Source: an uncultured Acidobacteriota bacterium (lineage in GTDB: Bacteria; Acidobacteriota; JAQAZP01). Taken from it: a stretch of DNA of 64,000 bases. This document shows positions 17,886 to 28,631 of this stretch, piece by piece. How positions within the stretch are numbered: the first letter of the stretch is position 1; each line of letters starts with the position of its first letter. The stretch covers positions 1,440,001-1,504,000 of the forward strand of contig CAWIIB010000009.1 in the NCBI GenBank assembly GCA_963836075.1. The letters are read 5' to 3'. The translations under genes and the position numbers were made by a program. The notes below the pieces were generated by a model. It saw nothing but the letters and a program-made list of their open reading frames with translations. It ran no database searches and was not told the DNA's origin.

Positions 17886-19091
17886 GTGAACCCCTCGCTG
17901 ATCCACCGCCTGATCTGTCCCTACTGCCGCACGCACGGTCTGGGCCTCTACGTGCTGGAGGACGAGCCGCGGGCCGGAGCGGGAGAGCCGGGTGCGGAAC
18001 AGCAGGGGGAGGTGTCGGCCGGACTGATCTCCTGTGGCGGCTGCGGCCGCTTTTTCCGCATCGAGGCCGGTGTGCCGTCGCTGATCTTCGGCGGCGACGG
18101 CGGCTGGCTCGCACCCTTCCTGGCCCGCTGGGGCGATGAGCTGGAAGGGCGGCTGGACCGCACCCTGCCCCGTGACGACTCCCTGGACGAGGTGCTTGCC
18201 GACGGCGATTTCTGGGCCCGGTTCTACCGCCAGGCCATGGAGCGCGGCTATCTCCACTTCCTCGATGTCCAGCAGCCGCTGGCCCCGCTCTACCTCCACG
18301 GCGTGCTGGAAACGCTCCATTTCTCCGGTCCGGATGGCCGTTTCAACTTCGAGCACCAGCCCTTTCTCAAGCAGGTGCTCAGCAGCCTGACCCGGGGGGC
18401 CGGGGCGTTGCCGCCGGGCGGCAGCCTGCTGGAGCTGGGCTGTGGTTCGGGGTGGCTCTGTCTCGAGCTGGCCCGGCGGGGACTGCGGCCGGTGGGTCTG
18501 GACACCGGTTTCCAGTCGCTGGTCCTGGCCCGGCTCTACGCCAGGCAGCAGGGGCTGGACATCGACTACGTTCACGCCGACGGCGGCCGGCTGCCCTTTG
18601 CCCCCCGGAGCTTCGACGGCCTGGTGGGCTTCCAGGCCCTGCACCACATCCCCCGCCTGCTGGAAACGGCCCGTCACCTGCGCACCATACTGCAGCCCGA
18701 CGCGCCGGTGGTGATCTTCGAGCACCGTGCCGAACGGACGCCACGGCTGCAGCGGTTTGCCGAGAACCTGCACCAGCGGCTCCTCCTGCGGGTGGGCGGC
18801 CGCTACCTGATCCACTCCATCTTTCCCTCCCGGGCGTCGGCAAACGAGGACTGTTCGCTGGACCAGGTGGACGAGATGCTGGACGGGTTCCGCTCCCTGC
18901 GGCGCAGGCGCTACTACCTCTTCCTCCAGGACCTGCCGGGGTTTGCCTACCTGCTGGTGGGGCGCAGCCGGCTGGTGTTCAGACTCACGGCGGCAATGAC
19001 CAACGGGGTGGACCGGCTCTTCTCGCTGTTCCGGCCCTCGACCTGCGAGCACATCCTCCAGGTGGGACGGAACCGTGGGGAAACGGGATGA
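17886..19091 (+). CDS. Class I SAM methyltransferase with N-terminal Trm112-like zinc module
   Basis: LICPYC...ISCGGCGRFFRIEAGVP; LLELGCGSG, ADGGRLPF, ALHHIP. Confidence 0.85.
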   Translation: MNPSLIHRLICPYCRTHGLGLYVLEDEPRAGAGEPGAEQQGEVSAGLISCGGCGRFFRIEAGVPSLIFGGDGGWLAPFLARWGDELEGRLDRTLPRDDSLDEVLADGDFWARFYRQAMERGYLHFLDVQQPLAPLYLHGVLETLHFSGPDGRFNFEHQPFLKQVLSSLTRGAGALPPGGSLLELGCGSGWLCLELARRGLRPVGLDTGFQSLVLARLYARQQGLDIDYVHADGGRLPFAPRSFDGLVGFQALHHIPRLLETARHLRTILQPDAPVVIFEHRAERTPRLQRFAENLHQRLLLRVGGRYLIHSIFPSRASANEDCSLDQVDEMLDGFRSLRRRRYYLFLQDLPGFAYLLVGRSRLVFRLTAAMTNGVDRLFSLFRPSTCEHILQVGRNRGETG

Positions 19092-21493
19092 GACACCTGC
19101 TGCTGTTCATCGCCCTGCTTACCCTCTGCTCCGGCTGTGCAGCGCCGGAAAGGGTGGAGCAGGGAAGCCCCCAGGCCCTGGCCACCCTGGCCAGCGGGGT
19201 GGTGGACCTGGTGAGCCTGGCCAGCGCCACGGGGGAGAGCGCCGGCGATGGACGGGCGGAGGTACCGAGGAGACGCTGGAACAGGCGGAGCAGGTGGTTC
19301 GCGAATACGGTTTCGACGGAAACTGGCCGCTGCAGGGGTGGGAGGCCTGGAAGGACTGCGGACGTTTTCTGCCCCGGGACGGGGTCCTGCAGATAGAGGC
19401 CATCGGCGAGGATTTCCAGATGGCCGTGCCTCCCGATTTCGACTGTTCGCGGGTCCAGCGGGTGCTGGTCCGCGCCCGGGTCTCGGACGGCAACCGCGGC
19501 CACCTGTTCTGGATGACCGAGGACCAGCCGACCTATGACGGCCAGCGGTCGATCCAGTACCTGGCTCCATCCCGGAGAGGAGTTCCGTACCTACACCATC
19601 GAGGTGGGGGAGCACCTCAAGTGGGGCGGCCGGATCACCGGCCTGCGTCTGGACCCCATCGACAAACCGGGCACGGTGGAGATCGATTTCATCCGCTTCA
19701 TGGCCGGGCGGAACCGGCTGCGGACCGACCTGCTGGCCGCCCGCTGCGGTCTTCCGGACGCGGCCCTGGCCCTGCGCGACGACCGGCGGCGGGTACTGGC
19801 GGTGGCCCCCGCACAGCCGGTGCAGTTCGACCTCCTGGTACCCGGGGGTGCGGGTGCGGCTTCGCCCGAGCTGCGCTTCGCCATCGGTCTGGCAGCGGCC
19901 GGCCCCGACGGCCGGCAGGCCGTGCCCCGGGCCTCCCACCGGTTCCTGATCCGCACCGGCGACGGCGAGACGATTTTCAACCGGGTGCTCAACCCGGAGA
20001 AAAACCGTGCCCATGGCGGCTGGCGCGAGGAGCGAGTGAACCTGGGCCGGTTCGCCGGGAGCCGGCTGGGGCTCACCTTTGCCGTGGAAGCCCTGGGCGA
20101 CTGGGAAGACCAGGACGGCGTCGCCCTGTTCGCCAACCCGCTGCTCCACCCGGCCCCGGGGGTCTTTTGCCGGCTCAGCGTGCTGGTGGTGCTGGTGGAT
20201 GCCCTGCGCGCCGACCGCCTGGGGTGCTACGGTCACCACCGGGGGACCACGCCGCACATCGACCGGCTTTGCCGGCAGAGCGTGCTCTTCCGCAACGCCC
20301 TCTCCAGCTCCTCGTGGACCGCGCCCTCGGTGGCCTCCCTGTTCACCGGGCTTCACCCTTACCGCCACGGCGTCCGCTACGTCGATACCCTCGACCTGGA
20401 CCGCCGTTTCGAGACCGTGGCTGAGCGGTTTGACGCCGCCGGGTGGTTCACCGGCGCTGTTTCGGACAACCTGCTGATCACTCCGGACAACGGTTTCGAC
20501 CAGGGTTTTCGGACCTTTGTTTCCAAACCGCTCACCACGCACATGCGCAAGGCCCGGGCAGTGACCGACATCGCCCTGGGCTGGCTCGAGCACCACGGCG
20601 ACCGGCCCTTCTTTCTCTACCTGCACTACATGGACCCCCACGCCAACTACCGGCCGCCAAAGCCGTTCCATCCCGGTCCCCCACCGTCCGGCGCCGAAAT
20701 CCGCGACTTTGTGGAAAAGGGCGAGGCCGGGGGCGTGGCCAACCGCTTGCAGAAGAGCCGCCGTTTCCGGCTTTCGGCAGCCGAAGACCAGCGTCTGCTC
20801 GATCTGTACGAGGGCGAGGTGGCATCCACCGATTACCAGGTGGGGCGGCTGCTCTCCTGGCTGGAGCGGTCGGGGCTGGCCGACGGGACAGTGGTTGTTT
20901 TTGTCGCCGACCACGGCGAGGAGTTTGCGGACCACGGCAGGTACGCTCACGCCACCTCGCTGTTCGACGAACTGGTGCGGGTGCCGCTGCTGGTCCGGCT
21001 CCCCGGCCGGCAGCTGCCGGCACGGCAGGTGGAGCAGGTGGTGTGCAGCGCCGACCTGGGGCCCACTCTGCTCAGCCTGGCCGGGGCACCGGGTTTCACC
21101 GGCGAGGTGGACGCCCTCTCCTTCACCGGGCTGCTGGACCAAAGCCGGCCGGCCGCCGAGCAGCGGGAGGCCTATTTCGAGCTGAACCCCTACTCGCGCA
21201 ACCCGCTGGCTCCGGGCACCATTGAAGCCACCCGGGGACTGCGCTTCGGCCGGCTGAAGCTGCTCTACGAAGTGCGCACCGGCCGCTACCGGCTTTACGA
21301 CCTGGCGGCCGATCCCGGTGAGCGGGCGTCGCTCTACGACGAGGAGGACCGCCGGTCGATGGAGATGGCGGCCCGCCTCTCCCGCTACCTGGAAGATGCC
21401 GGACAGGCCGATGGCGCGGGCGTTGCCGACGGGGGGCTGCTGGAAGACCGCCAGCTGCAGCAACTGGACGCTCTGGGCTATCTCGACCGCTAG
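19088..21493 (+). CDS. Sulfatase-fold lipoprotein, Thr-type, paralog 2 (~801 aa; two compensating apparent frameshifts near 19265 and 19560)
   Basis: ATG 19088 MRHLLLFIALLTLCSGC lipoprotein signal overlaps the previous stop; the middle ~100 codons read sensibly only in the 19075 frame; the remainder (19535 frame) has VDALRADRLG, WTAPSVASLFTG, HYMDPH, ADHGEE and ends LDALGYLDR. Confidence 0.75.
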
Positions 21494-21507
21494 GAGAGGG
21501 AGGATCG

Positions 21508-23841
21508 ATGACCGGGAATTGGTGCCGTGGAGTGACGAAGGGGGCTGGACGGGTGGCGGTCGCCGCCCTGCTGCTGGTCCTGCCGATTTTCGGCTGCACC
21601 GTCGGCGGACCGCCGGTCGACAGCGTGATCGACCTGCTCGAGGTCACCCCGTTCCAGGTCCCGGAAGCCGGCAGGGTGGTTCTGGCGCAACAGCGGGCCT
21701 GGGACTTCGGCAGCGGGCTGCCGGTGGGCTGGAGCGCCGGGCCGGCCGGCGTGGTGGTGCACCAGGAGGAGAACGGTATCCGCCTGGAGCACCCCGACGA
21801 GCTTCCCTGGCTCGAACTGAGCTGCGAGGAGGAGATCGACCTCTTGCGCCACGGCCGGCTCAACGTCTGGCTCCGTCCTCTCGACGCCACTGATGGGGCG
21901 CTCTACTACTCCTTCACCGACCCGCCGCGCTACAAACGGAACATCCGTTCATACGTGAAATACCCGCCGGACAAGCCCGGCCAGGCGTACGGCTTCGCCT
22001 TCCCCGGAATCGACGGGTTCGAGACCGGCCTCCGCGTGCTGCGGCTCTACCCCGCGCTCTCCGGCGGCAGCCCGGTGGTCCGCGGGGCGATGCTTTTCCC
22101 GCGGCAGCAGGAGTATCTCGCCGGGCACGTGCTTGAGCGGGAGTGGGTGCCCCTGGAGCAGCAGTATCGCCGCTGCTGGCGGCTGGTGGGCCCGGGAACC
22201 CGCGAGGCGGCTCTTCGTCTGCCCGCCGGGCCCTCGACCCTGTGCGCTGCCGTCGGGTGCCTCGTCGGCGAGGCGCCGGTCCGATTGCGGCTGGAAGTGA
22301 AGACCCGCGGCGGCACGATCCACCGGCTGGCGGCGAGCGGGGTGCGGTCCGGTGAGGGATGGCGGGAACTGGACGCCGATCTCGGCCGTTGGGCCGGCGA
22401 ACCGGTCACCCTGCGCTTCATCGTGGAAAGCGAAGATCCGGGGGCATTGGTCCTCATCGGTTCGCCGTCGGTGGTGCCGCGGTCCGCGAGCGATGACCGC
22501 CGGCCCAACGTCCTGCTGATCGTGGTGGACACGCTGCGGGCCGACCGGCTCTCCCTGTACGGCGCCGGGGAACGCACCTCGCCGCACCTCGACCGCCTGG
22601 CCTCGCGGGGTACTGTCTTCACCGGCGCCCAGGCCCCGTCCTCCTGGACCCTCCCCTCGGTGGCCGCCCTGCTCACCGGGCAGTATCCGGGAACGCTGCC
22701 CATCGGCACCGGCAAAAAGGTACGTCTGCCCGCCGGGATCCCCACAATGGCCGAGGGTTTTGCCCGGGCCGGGTACGATACCGGCGGGTTCAGCGCCAAC
22801 TTCATCCTCAACCCGTTCCACGGATATTCTCGGGGTTTCGACGCCTTCTACTTGGCGCCGATTAAGGACTACACCATGCCGGCGGGCCAGCTGAACCGCA
22901 GGGCCCTGGACTGGCTCTCCCGGCGGGGCGGACGGCCGTTCTTCTGCTACCTGCAGTTCATGGATCCCCACAGTCCCTACGACCCGCCCGGGACGGACCG
23001 CCACCGGACAACCAACGCCGCCACCTTCCATCCCCGGATGGTCACCGGATACCAGGAGGGGGACATCCATCCCCTGGTGATGGGCAAGGAGACCTTCGAC
23101 CCGAATGGCAGCACGGAACAGGTGGTCCGCTTCTACGACGACGAGATCTCCTACGTCGACCTCCAGATCGGCCGTTTGCTGACCGCCCTGGCCCGGCAGG
23201 GGCTGCTGGAAGAGACGGTGGTGGCGGTGGTATCCGACCATGGCGAGGAGCTCCACGATCACGGGTTCTGGTCCCACGGCTACACGCTGTACCAGGAGCA
23301 GCTCCACGTGCCGATGATTCTCCGTCTCCCCCCGGGGTTGCCGGAGCCGCCGGCCGGGGGACAGGTGATCCACACGCCGGTGTCCCTGGTTGACCTTCTG
23401 CCCACCCTCTTTCAGCTGGCCGGACTGGAGACGGCGGGCCGGCCCGTTCCCGGCCAGAACATCTTCGAGGCGTCCCCGGAGCGGGGCCTGATCAGCGAAA
23501 CCTGGGCCGGCGGCGTTCCGCCGCGCCTCTGTCTCCGCCAGGGGCCATACAAGTATGTGTTTTTCAACCGCCAGGCCGCGGACGGGAAAGCGCCTCGCAG
23601 ATACCCTGCCCGCTGGATCTGGGAGAGCGGACCGGCGGAGGAGGAACTCTACAACCTGGACGATGACCCGGGTGAACTGCACAATCTGGCCGCGAAGCTG
23701 CCCGAAGTGGCGCAGCGGATGCGGCAGGAACTGGAGCGCCGGTTCGGCGCGGCAGCGGTGGGTTCCGCCGGCGGCGCAAAAGAGAAGAAGATGGACCGGG
23801 ATACCGAGGAGCGGCTCCGTGCGCTTGGCTACATCGAATAG
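21508..23841 (+). CDS. Sulfatase-fold lipoprotein, Thr-type, paralog 3
   Basis: Lipobox PIFGC; VDTLRADRLS, WTLPSVAALLTG, FMDPHSPY, SDHGEE; ends LRALGYIE. Confidence 0.88.
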   Translation: MTGNWCRGVTKGAGRVAVAALLLVLPIFGCTVGGPPVDSVIDLLEVTPFQVPEAGRVVLAQQRAWDFGSGLPVGWSAGPAGVVVHQEENGIRLEHPDELPWLELSCEEEIDLLRHGRLNVWLRPLDATDGALYYSFTDPPRYKRNIRSYVKYPPDKPGQAYGFAFPGIDGFETGLRVLRLYPALSGGSPVVRGAMLFPRQQEYLAGHVLEREWVPLEQQYRRCWRLVGPGTREAALRLPAGPSTLCAAVGCLVGEAPVRLRLEVKTRGGTIHRLAASGVRSGEGWRELDADLGRWAGEPVTLRFIVESEDPGALVLIGSPSVVPRSASDDRRPNVLLIVVDTLRADRLSLYGAGERTSPHLDRLASRGTVFTGAQAPSSWTLPSVAALLTGQYPGTLPIGTGKKVRLPAGIPTMAEGFARAGYDTGGFSANFILNPFHGYSRGFDAFYLAPIKDYTMPAGQLNRRALDWLSRRGGRPFFCYLQFMDPHSPYDPPGTDRHRTTNAATFHPRMVTGYQEGDIHPLVMGKETFDPNGSTEQVVRFYDDEISYVDLQIGRLLTALARQGLLEETVVAVVSDHGEELHDHGFWSHGYTLYQEQLHVPMILRLPPGLPEPPAGGQVIHTPVSLVDLLPTLFQLAGLETAGRPVPGQNIFEASPERGLISETWAGGVPPRLCLRQGPYKYVFFNRQAADGKAPRRYPARWIWESGPAEEELYNLDDDPGELHNLAAKLPEVAQRMRQELERRFGAAAVGSAGGAKEKKMDRDTEERLRALGYIE

Positions 23842-26107
23842 AACCGGCTGGAGACGGCTGCTGATCTGTGGTGCGCTGCTCCTGGGCTTGACCGGGTGCG
23901 GCGGCCCGGAGCCGGAGCGGTCCGCCGGCTGCCTCGACCTGTTGCCGCTGGCCCGCTGGGACGAGGACCAGCCCCCGGCGTCGATACGGTTGACGGTGGG
24001 TGAGGGGGCGCCGCTGCTGGGCCCGGGCTGGGAAGCCGCGGATGCCGGTGACGGTGACCAGGCCGCGGTGGTCAGCAACGAACGGCACGCCTCGCTCCAC
24101 CTGACGATGTGCCCCGGCGGCAGCGGTCCGGTGAAACTGCGGCTCCGTCTGCGCAACCCGTGGCCGACGCAGGAGATCGACAGCTTCCTGGGAACCATCG
24201 TCTCGTTCAATGGCCGCAAGCTGGCCCACCTGATCCCCTCGGAGCAGTGGGCCGATCACGCCGTGGAACTGCCTGCCGGCTGGTTCCGGCAGGGGACCAG
24301 CGAAGTGGTGCTCACCGGTCTGCCGGGCCGGGTCGCGCTCTCCGGGGTGGACCTCCTGCTTCCCGGACCGCAGGCCGTTTTCACCGCCGGGGATACCACT
24401 CGCCGGGCACTGGTTTCCGCGGCGCCGCTGGTGGTGGACCTGCCCCGACCGCTCCCTGCCGGTGCTCTGCTGGACGTGGCCTTCGCCATGGCCCCGCAGC
24501 TGGAAATCCCCTCGGAACGGCCACACGCCGGCCTGGTCGAGTGGCGTTCCCGGGGGGGGGAGTGGGAGACCCTCCTTGAGCTGGAAACTTCCCACGTGCC
24601 TGGCGGCTGGACCGACCGCACGGTGTCCCTGGACGGCCCGGCCGGCGGTGCGGTGCAGCTCAGGTGCAGTGCCGGGCGGGACCCTGCCGCCTGGGGCACG
24701 CTGACGCTCAGCTGGCCGGGGGCCGGTTCCCGGCGGGACACTGCGGCGGATGACGGGCTGAACCTGATCCTGATCCTCGCTGACACCCTTCGTGCCGACC
24801 GGCTGGGTGCCGGCGGTTCAGCCGTTCGTCTCACCCCCTCGCTGGATGCTCTGGCCGCGGAGAGCGTCCAGTTCCGTGACACCCTGTCCCAGGCGGCCAG
24901 CACGGTCCCCTCGGTCTCCTCGCTGTTCTCCGGACGCTATTTCAACCGGATCTCCCGCTGGGTGGATCAGAAGAGCCTGCCCGCGGCCGTGCCGCTCTTT
25001 GCCGAGACATTGGCCGCCGGGGGCTGCCGGACCCTGGCGGTAGTGACCAACCCGCTGTTGCTGCCGGAGACCGGTTTTGCCCGGGGCTTCGATGAATACC
25101 ACCATCTGCCCGGCAATCCCCGCCAGTTTCACGGGCGGGAGAACCTGCCGGTGCACCAGCCGGCCGAAGCGGTGAACGCCCGTTTCTTCCAGCGGCTGCC
25201 CTCCCTGGCCCGGGGCCGATTCTTCGCCTATCTGCACTACATGGACCCCCACGACCCGTACCTGCTGCAAGAGGAGGGGATCGCCGACCGGCAGTTCAGT
25301 GGCGGGCGTCTCGACGGCCACCCCTGGGAGGGATGGCTCGGCCCGGCGGTGGAGGAGATCCTCGAACATGGCGGCAGCTCCATGGTGGCCCGGGACCGTG
25401 AGATGGTGGTCCGGGCGTACGACAACGAGGTGCGGTGCCTTGACCGGCAACTGGGGCTGCTGCTGGCCCAGCTGCGCCGCCGCGGCCTGCTCTCGCGCAC
25501 GGTGGTGGCGGTGGTGGCTGACCACGGGGAGGAGTTTCTGGAGCACGGCCTGCTGGGGCATGGCCACACGGTATACGAGGAACTGCTGCGGGTGCCGGCC
25601 CTGGTCCGTTTTCCCCGCCGGCCCGGATTCCCCCAACCGGGGGTGGTGCCCCGGCGGGTGGAACTGCTGGATGTGGCCGCCACTTTGCTGGACGTCATGG
25701 ATGCCGGCCCGCCGGAAGGTCATGCCGGGAGGAGCCTGCTGCCAATGCTCCGGGGTGTCGGCACCGTGCCGGAGGCAGGGGCAAGTCATTTCGAGACCCG
25801 CTACCGCGCCTGGGTCGAGCCGCCGCTCAACGACTTCCTGGCCGGGGTGGAAGCGGACGGCTGGAAGCTGGTCCGTAACCGGCTGAGCGGCGTGGTGCGG
25901 CTCTACCATCTGGACACCGATCCGGGAGAGACAACGGACCTCTCCACCACCCGCTCGGAAAAGACCGGCGAGATGATGCGGCAGCTGGATGCCTGGCTTG
26001 CCGGCCAGCAGCCGCTGGATCCCGGGGAGGATGAAGCCCCCCATGCCGGCCAGGAGGTGATGAGGCGGGAAATCGAGGCGCTGAAGGCGCTGGGGTATAT
26101 GCAATGA
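23819..26107 (+). CDS. Sulfatase-fold lipoprotein, Thr-type, paralog 4
   Basis: Likely start GTG 23819 or TTG 23825 after GAGGAG; lipobox GLTGC; ADTLRADRLG, STVPSVSSLFSG, HYMDPH, ADHGEE; ends LKALGYMQ. Confidence 0.85.
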   Translation: MRLATSNRTGWRRLLICGALLLGLTGCGGPEPERSAGCLDLLPLARWDEDQPPASIRLTVGEGAPLLGPGWEAADAGDGDQAAVVSNERHASLHLTMCPGGSGPVKLRLRLRNPWPTQEIDSFLGTIVSFNGRKLAHLIPSEQWADHAVELPAGWFRQGTSEVVLTGLPGRVALSGVDLLLPGPQAVFTAGDTTRRALVSAAPLVVDLPRPLPAGALLDVAFAMAPQLEIPSERPHAGLVEWRSRGGEWETLLELETSHVPGGWTDRTVSLDGPAGGAVQLRCSAGRDPAAWGTLTLSWPGAGSRRDTAADDGLNLILILADTLRADRLGAGGSAVRLTPSLDALAAESVQFRDTLSQAASTVPSVSSLFSGRYFNRISRWVDQKSLPAAVPLFAETLAAGGCRTLAVVTNPLLLPETGFARGFDEYHHLPGNPRQFHGRENLPVHQPAEAVNARFFQRLPSLARGRFFAYLHYMDPHDPYLLQEEGIADRQFSGGRLDGHPWEGWLGPAVEEILEHGGSSMVARDREMVVRAYDNEVRCLDRQLGLLLAQLRRRGLLSRTVVAVVADHGEEFLEHGLLGHGHTVYEELLRVPALVRFPRRPGFPQPGVVPRRVELLDVAATLLDVMDAGPPEGHAGRSLLPMLRGVGTVPEAGASHFETRYRAWVEPPLNDFLAGVEADGWKLVRNRLSGVVRLYHLDTDPGETTDLSTTRSEKTGEMMRQLDAWLAGQQPLDPGEDEAPHAGQEVMRREIEALKALGYMQ

Positions 26108-28398
26108 CCGCAGCCGGAGGAACCAGGCACGGAGCGATCGCCGGTCTGCTGCTGGCCCTGCTGGCGCTCACCGCCTGCGGGCCGGTACCCGAGGCCGGCC
26201 CGCAGGGTCTCGACCTTCTCGAGCTCCTGCCCCCGGAAACCCGGATGGCTGATCTGGGTCTGGCGGCGGTGAAGACCAAGCACTGGTCTCTGGCCGAAGG
26301 GCTTCCCCGGGAGTGGCACCCCGGCCCGCAGGGTGTGACCGCGGAACGGGGGCCGGACGGTGTCCGGCTCTCCGCGGCGGAGCCGCCCTGGCTGGAGATC
26401 CGGATCGGCATCGACCCCCTGCGCTACGAGAAACTGAAAGTGGTCTTTGCCGAGGGCGAGGGTGAAGCCGCCGAACTGTTCTACTCCTACAGCAAGCCGC
26501 CGGTCTACCGCCTGGCCGGCCGGGTGGAGTCGAAACCGGCTTCCGCCGCCGCCGGTCACGAACGCCTCTTTCTGTTGCCGCACCCCGACGGCGCCCAGGA
26601 GCGGTTGCGGGCTTTCCGTCTCTACCCCGGCGGCAGGGGTGGTGGAGCCGCCACGGTGAAGGAGATCAGCCTGCTGCCCCGGCGGGGCCGGTTCATCGAG
26701 GAGGCGATCCTCTCCCGCCAGCGGATCGACCTCAACCAGGAATACCGGCGCTGCTGGAGGATCGGCGGCAACGGAGAGCGGCGGGTCACCTTCCGCGTGC
26801 CGCCGGAAGGTGCGGTGCTCCGTTTCGGCACCGGTACCCTGCTGGGGGGCGGGGAGTCGATGCTCCGTCTGCTGGCCTCGGCCCCTGGCCGGACCGCCGA
26901 GGAACTGCTGGCCGTGGCCATCGGCCGCCGGGACGACGGCTGGGCCGACCACCGGGTGGACCTCTCCGCCTGGGCCGGGGAAAAGTTGACCCTCCGGTTC
27001 CAGGTCGAGTCGACGGTGAACAGCGGGGCCATCCGTCTCATCGGATCCCCGGTGGTCCGGGCCGCCGCCGGGCGAACCAGGCCCAACGTGGTGCTGCTGG
27101 TGGTGGACACCCTGCGGGCGGACCGCCTCTCCTGCTACGGGCACCCGCAGCGGCTCTCGCCCCATCTGGACCGGCTGGCCCGCGGGGGCCTGCTCTTCAG
27201 CCGGGTCCGGGCCCCCTCCTCCTGGACCATTCCCTCCACCGCCGCCCTGTTCACCGGCTGTTATTCCAGGACGCCGGGGGCGGAGAAGGGAGAAGTTGCG
27301 GCGGTGGATCCCGGGACGCTCACCCTGGCCGAGCGATTTTCCCGCCAGGGGTATGCCACCGGGGGCTTTTCGGCCAACTTCGTTCTCGACGGGTTCCGGG
27401 GATTCGCCCGCGGGTTCGAGACCTGGTATCTGGCCCCGTACCAGGATGCCCACCTCACCGCCCGGCAGCTGAACCAACGTGCCCTGGAGTGGGTGCGTGC
27501 CCCGCGGGAGGAGCCGTTCTTCCTCTTCCTGCAGTACATGGACCCCCACGAGCCGTATGACGCACCCACGGCGGAACACCCCCGGGGCAAGAGCGCCGGG
27601 CCGTTCAGCATCCGGCGGGGCCACCGCTGGCAGGACGGCACCATCGTGCCCCTGATCATGGGCTGGGACCGGCTGGCCGGGCCGGAGGAGCAGTCGCGTC
27701 TCGAGGGCTACTATCACGAGGAAGTGACCTACGTGGACCGCTGCCTGGGCCACCTGCTGGCCTCCCTGCGGGCCGCGGGACTGCTGGAGGACGCGCTGGT
27801 GCTGGTCACCGCGGACCATGGCGAGGAACTGGGTGACCACGGCCACTGGTCCCACGGTTACACCCTGTACCGCGAAGTGCTTCACGTGCCGCTGGTCCTT
27901 GCCGCATCCCGATTGGGCCGGCAGGCCGGAACGGTGACCCGCGCCCCGGTGTCGCTGGTGGACGCCGCACCCACCCTGGCCGGCCTGGCCGGCCTGGATC
28001 CCGTTGGCGGCCCGGTGGATGGGCAGCGCCTGCTGGATGCCGCGGCCGGCCGCACCCTCTATTCCGCCACCGCCGCCTGCGGCCTGCCCACGCGATATGC
28101 GGCTTATGACGGACGCTATGCCTACATCCGCTTTGACCGCGAGGCCGCCGGGGCGAGCCGTCCCGGTTCCCGGGCGGCCAGCTGGCTGCTCCACGCCGAC
28201 CCGCCGGGCGAGGCGCTCTACGACCTCCAGGCAGACCCGCTGGAGCGGCAAAACCTGGCCCGGCACCTCCCGGATGTGGCCTCCCGCCTCTGCGCTGCGC
28301 TGGAAGCGCAATACCCCCGCATGGCGGATGATGCCGCGGCTCCGCCGGTGGACGAAGCCGATCTGGAGCGGCTGCGAGCCATTGGGTATATTCAATAA
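26104..28398 (+). CDS. Sulfatase-fold lipoprotein, Thr-type, paralog 5
   Basis: Lipobox ALTAC; VDTLRADRLS, WTIPSTAALFTG, YMDPHEPY, ADHGEE; ends LRAIGYIQ; ATGA overlap with paralog 4. Confidence 0.88.
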   Translation: MTAAGGTRHGAIAGLLLALLALTACGPVPEAGPQGLDLLELLPPETRMADLGLAAVKTKHWSLAEGLPREWHPGPQGVTAERGPDGVRLSAAEPPWLEIRIGIDPLRYEKLKVVFAEGEGEAAELFYSYSKPPVYRLAGRVESKPASAAAGHERLFLLPHPDGAQERLRAFRLYPGGRGGGAATVKEISLLPRRGRFIEEAILSRQRIDLNQEYRRCWRIGGNGERRVTFRVPPEGAVLRFGTGTLLGGGESMLRLLASAPGRTAEELLAVAIGRRDDGWADHRVDLSAWAGEKLTLRFQVESTVNSGAIRLIGSPVVRAAAGRTRPNVVLLVVDTLRADRLSCYGHPQRLSPHLDRLARGGLLFSRVRAPSSWTIPSTAALFTGCYSRTPGAEKGEVAAVDPGTLTLAERFSRQGYATGGFSANFVLDGFRGFARGFETWYLAPYQDAHLTARQLNQRALEWVRAPREEPFFLFLQYMDPHEPYDAPTAEHPRGKSAGPFSIRRGHRWQDGTIVPLIMGWDRLAGPEEQSRLEGYYHEEVTYVDRCLGHLLASLRAAGLLEDALVLVTADHGEELGDHGHWSHGYTLYREVLHVPLVLAASRLGRQAGTVTRAPVSLVDAAPTLAGLAGLDPVGGPVDGQRLLDAAAGRTLYSATAACGLPTRYAAYDGRYAYIRFDREAAGASRPGSRAASWLLHADPPGEALYDLQADPLERQNLARHLPDVASRLCAALEAQYPRMADDAAAPPVDEADLERLRAIGYIQ

Positions 28399-28631
28399 AG
28401 TCAATAAACAAGACCGTTTCGGCCGGGCCCGGGCCATTTTGTGGATGCTGCTCCACCGGCCTTGTGGTATTGTGAATTTCACCCCCCGCGGCAATCGGGT
28501 GTGGCGCATGCCCCGGCCGGGGCTGGCCAGACGTCATCTCCATCCGGTTCCGGTCAGGATTTCCAACAGACATGCCGATAAGCAGGGGGGGGAGAATTGC
28601 GGCAATACTGAGCCTTTTGGAGGTGACACCG

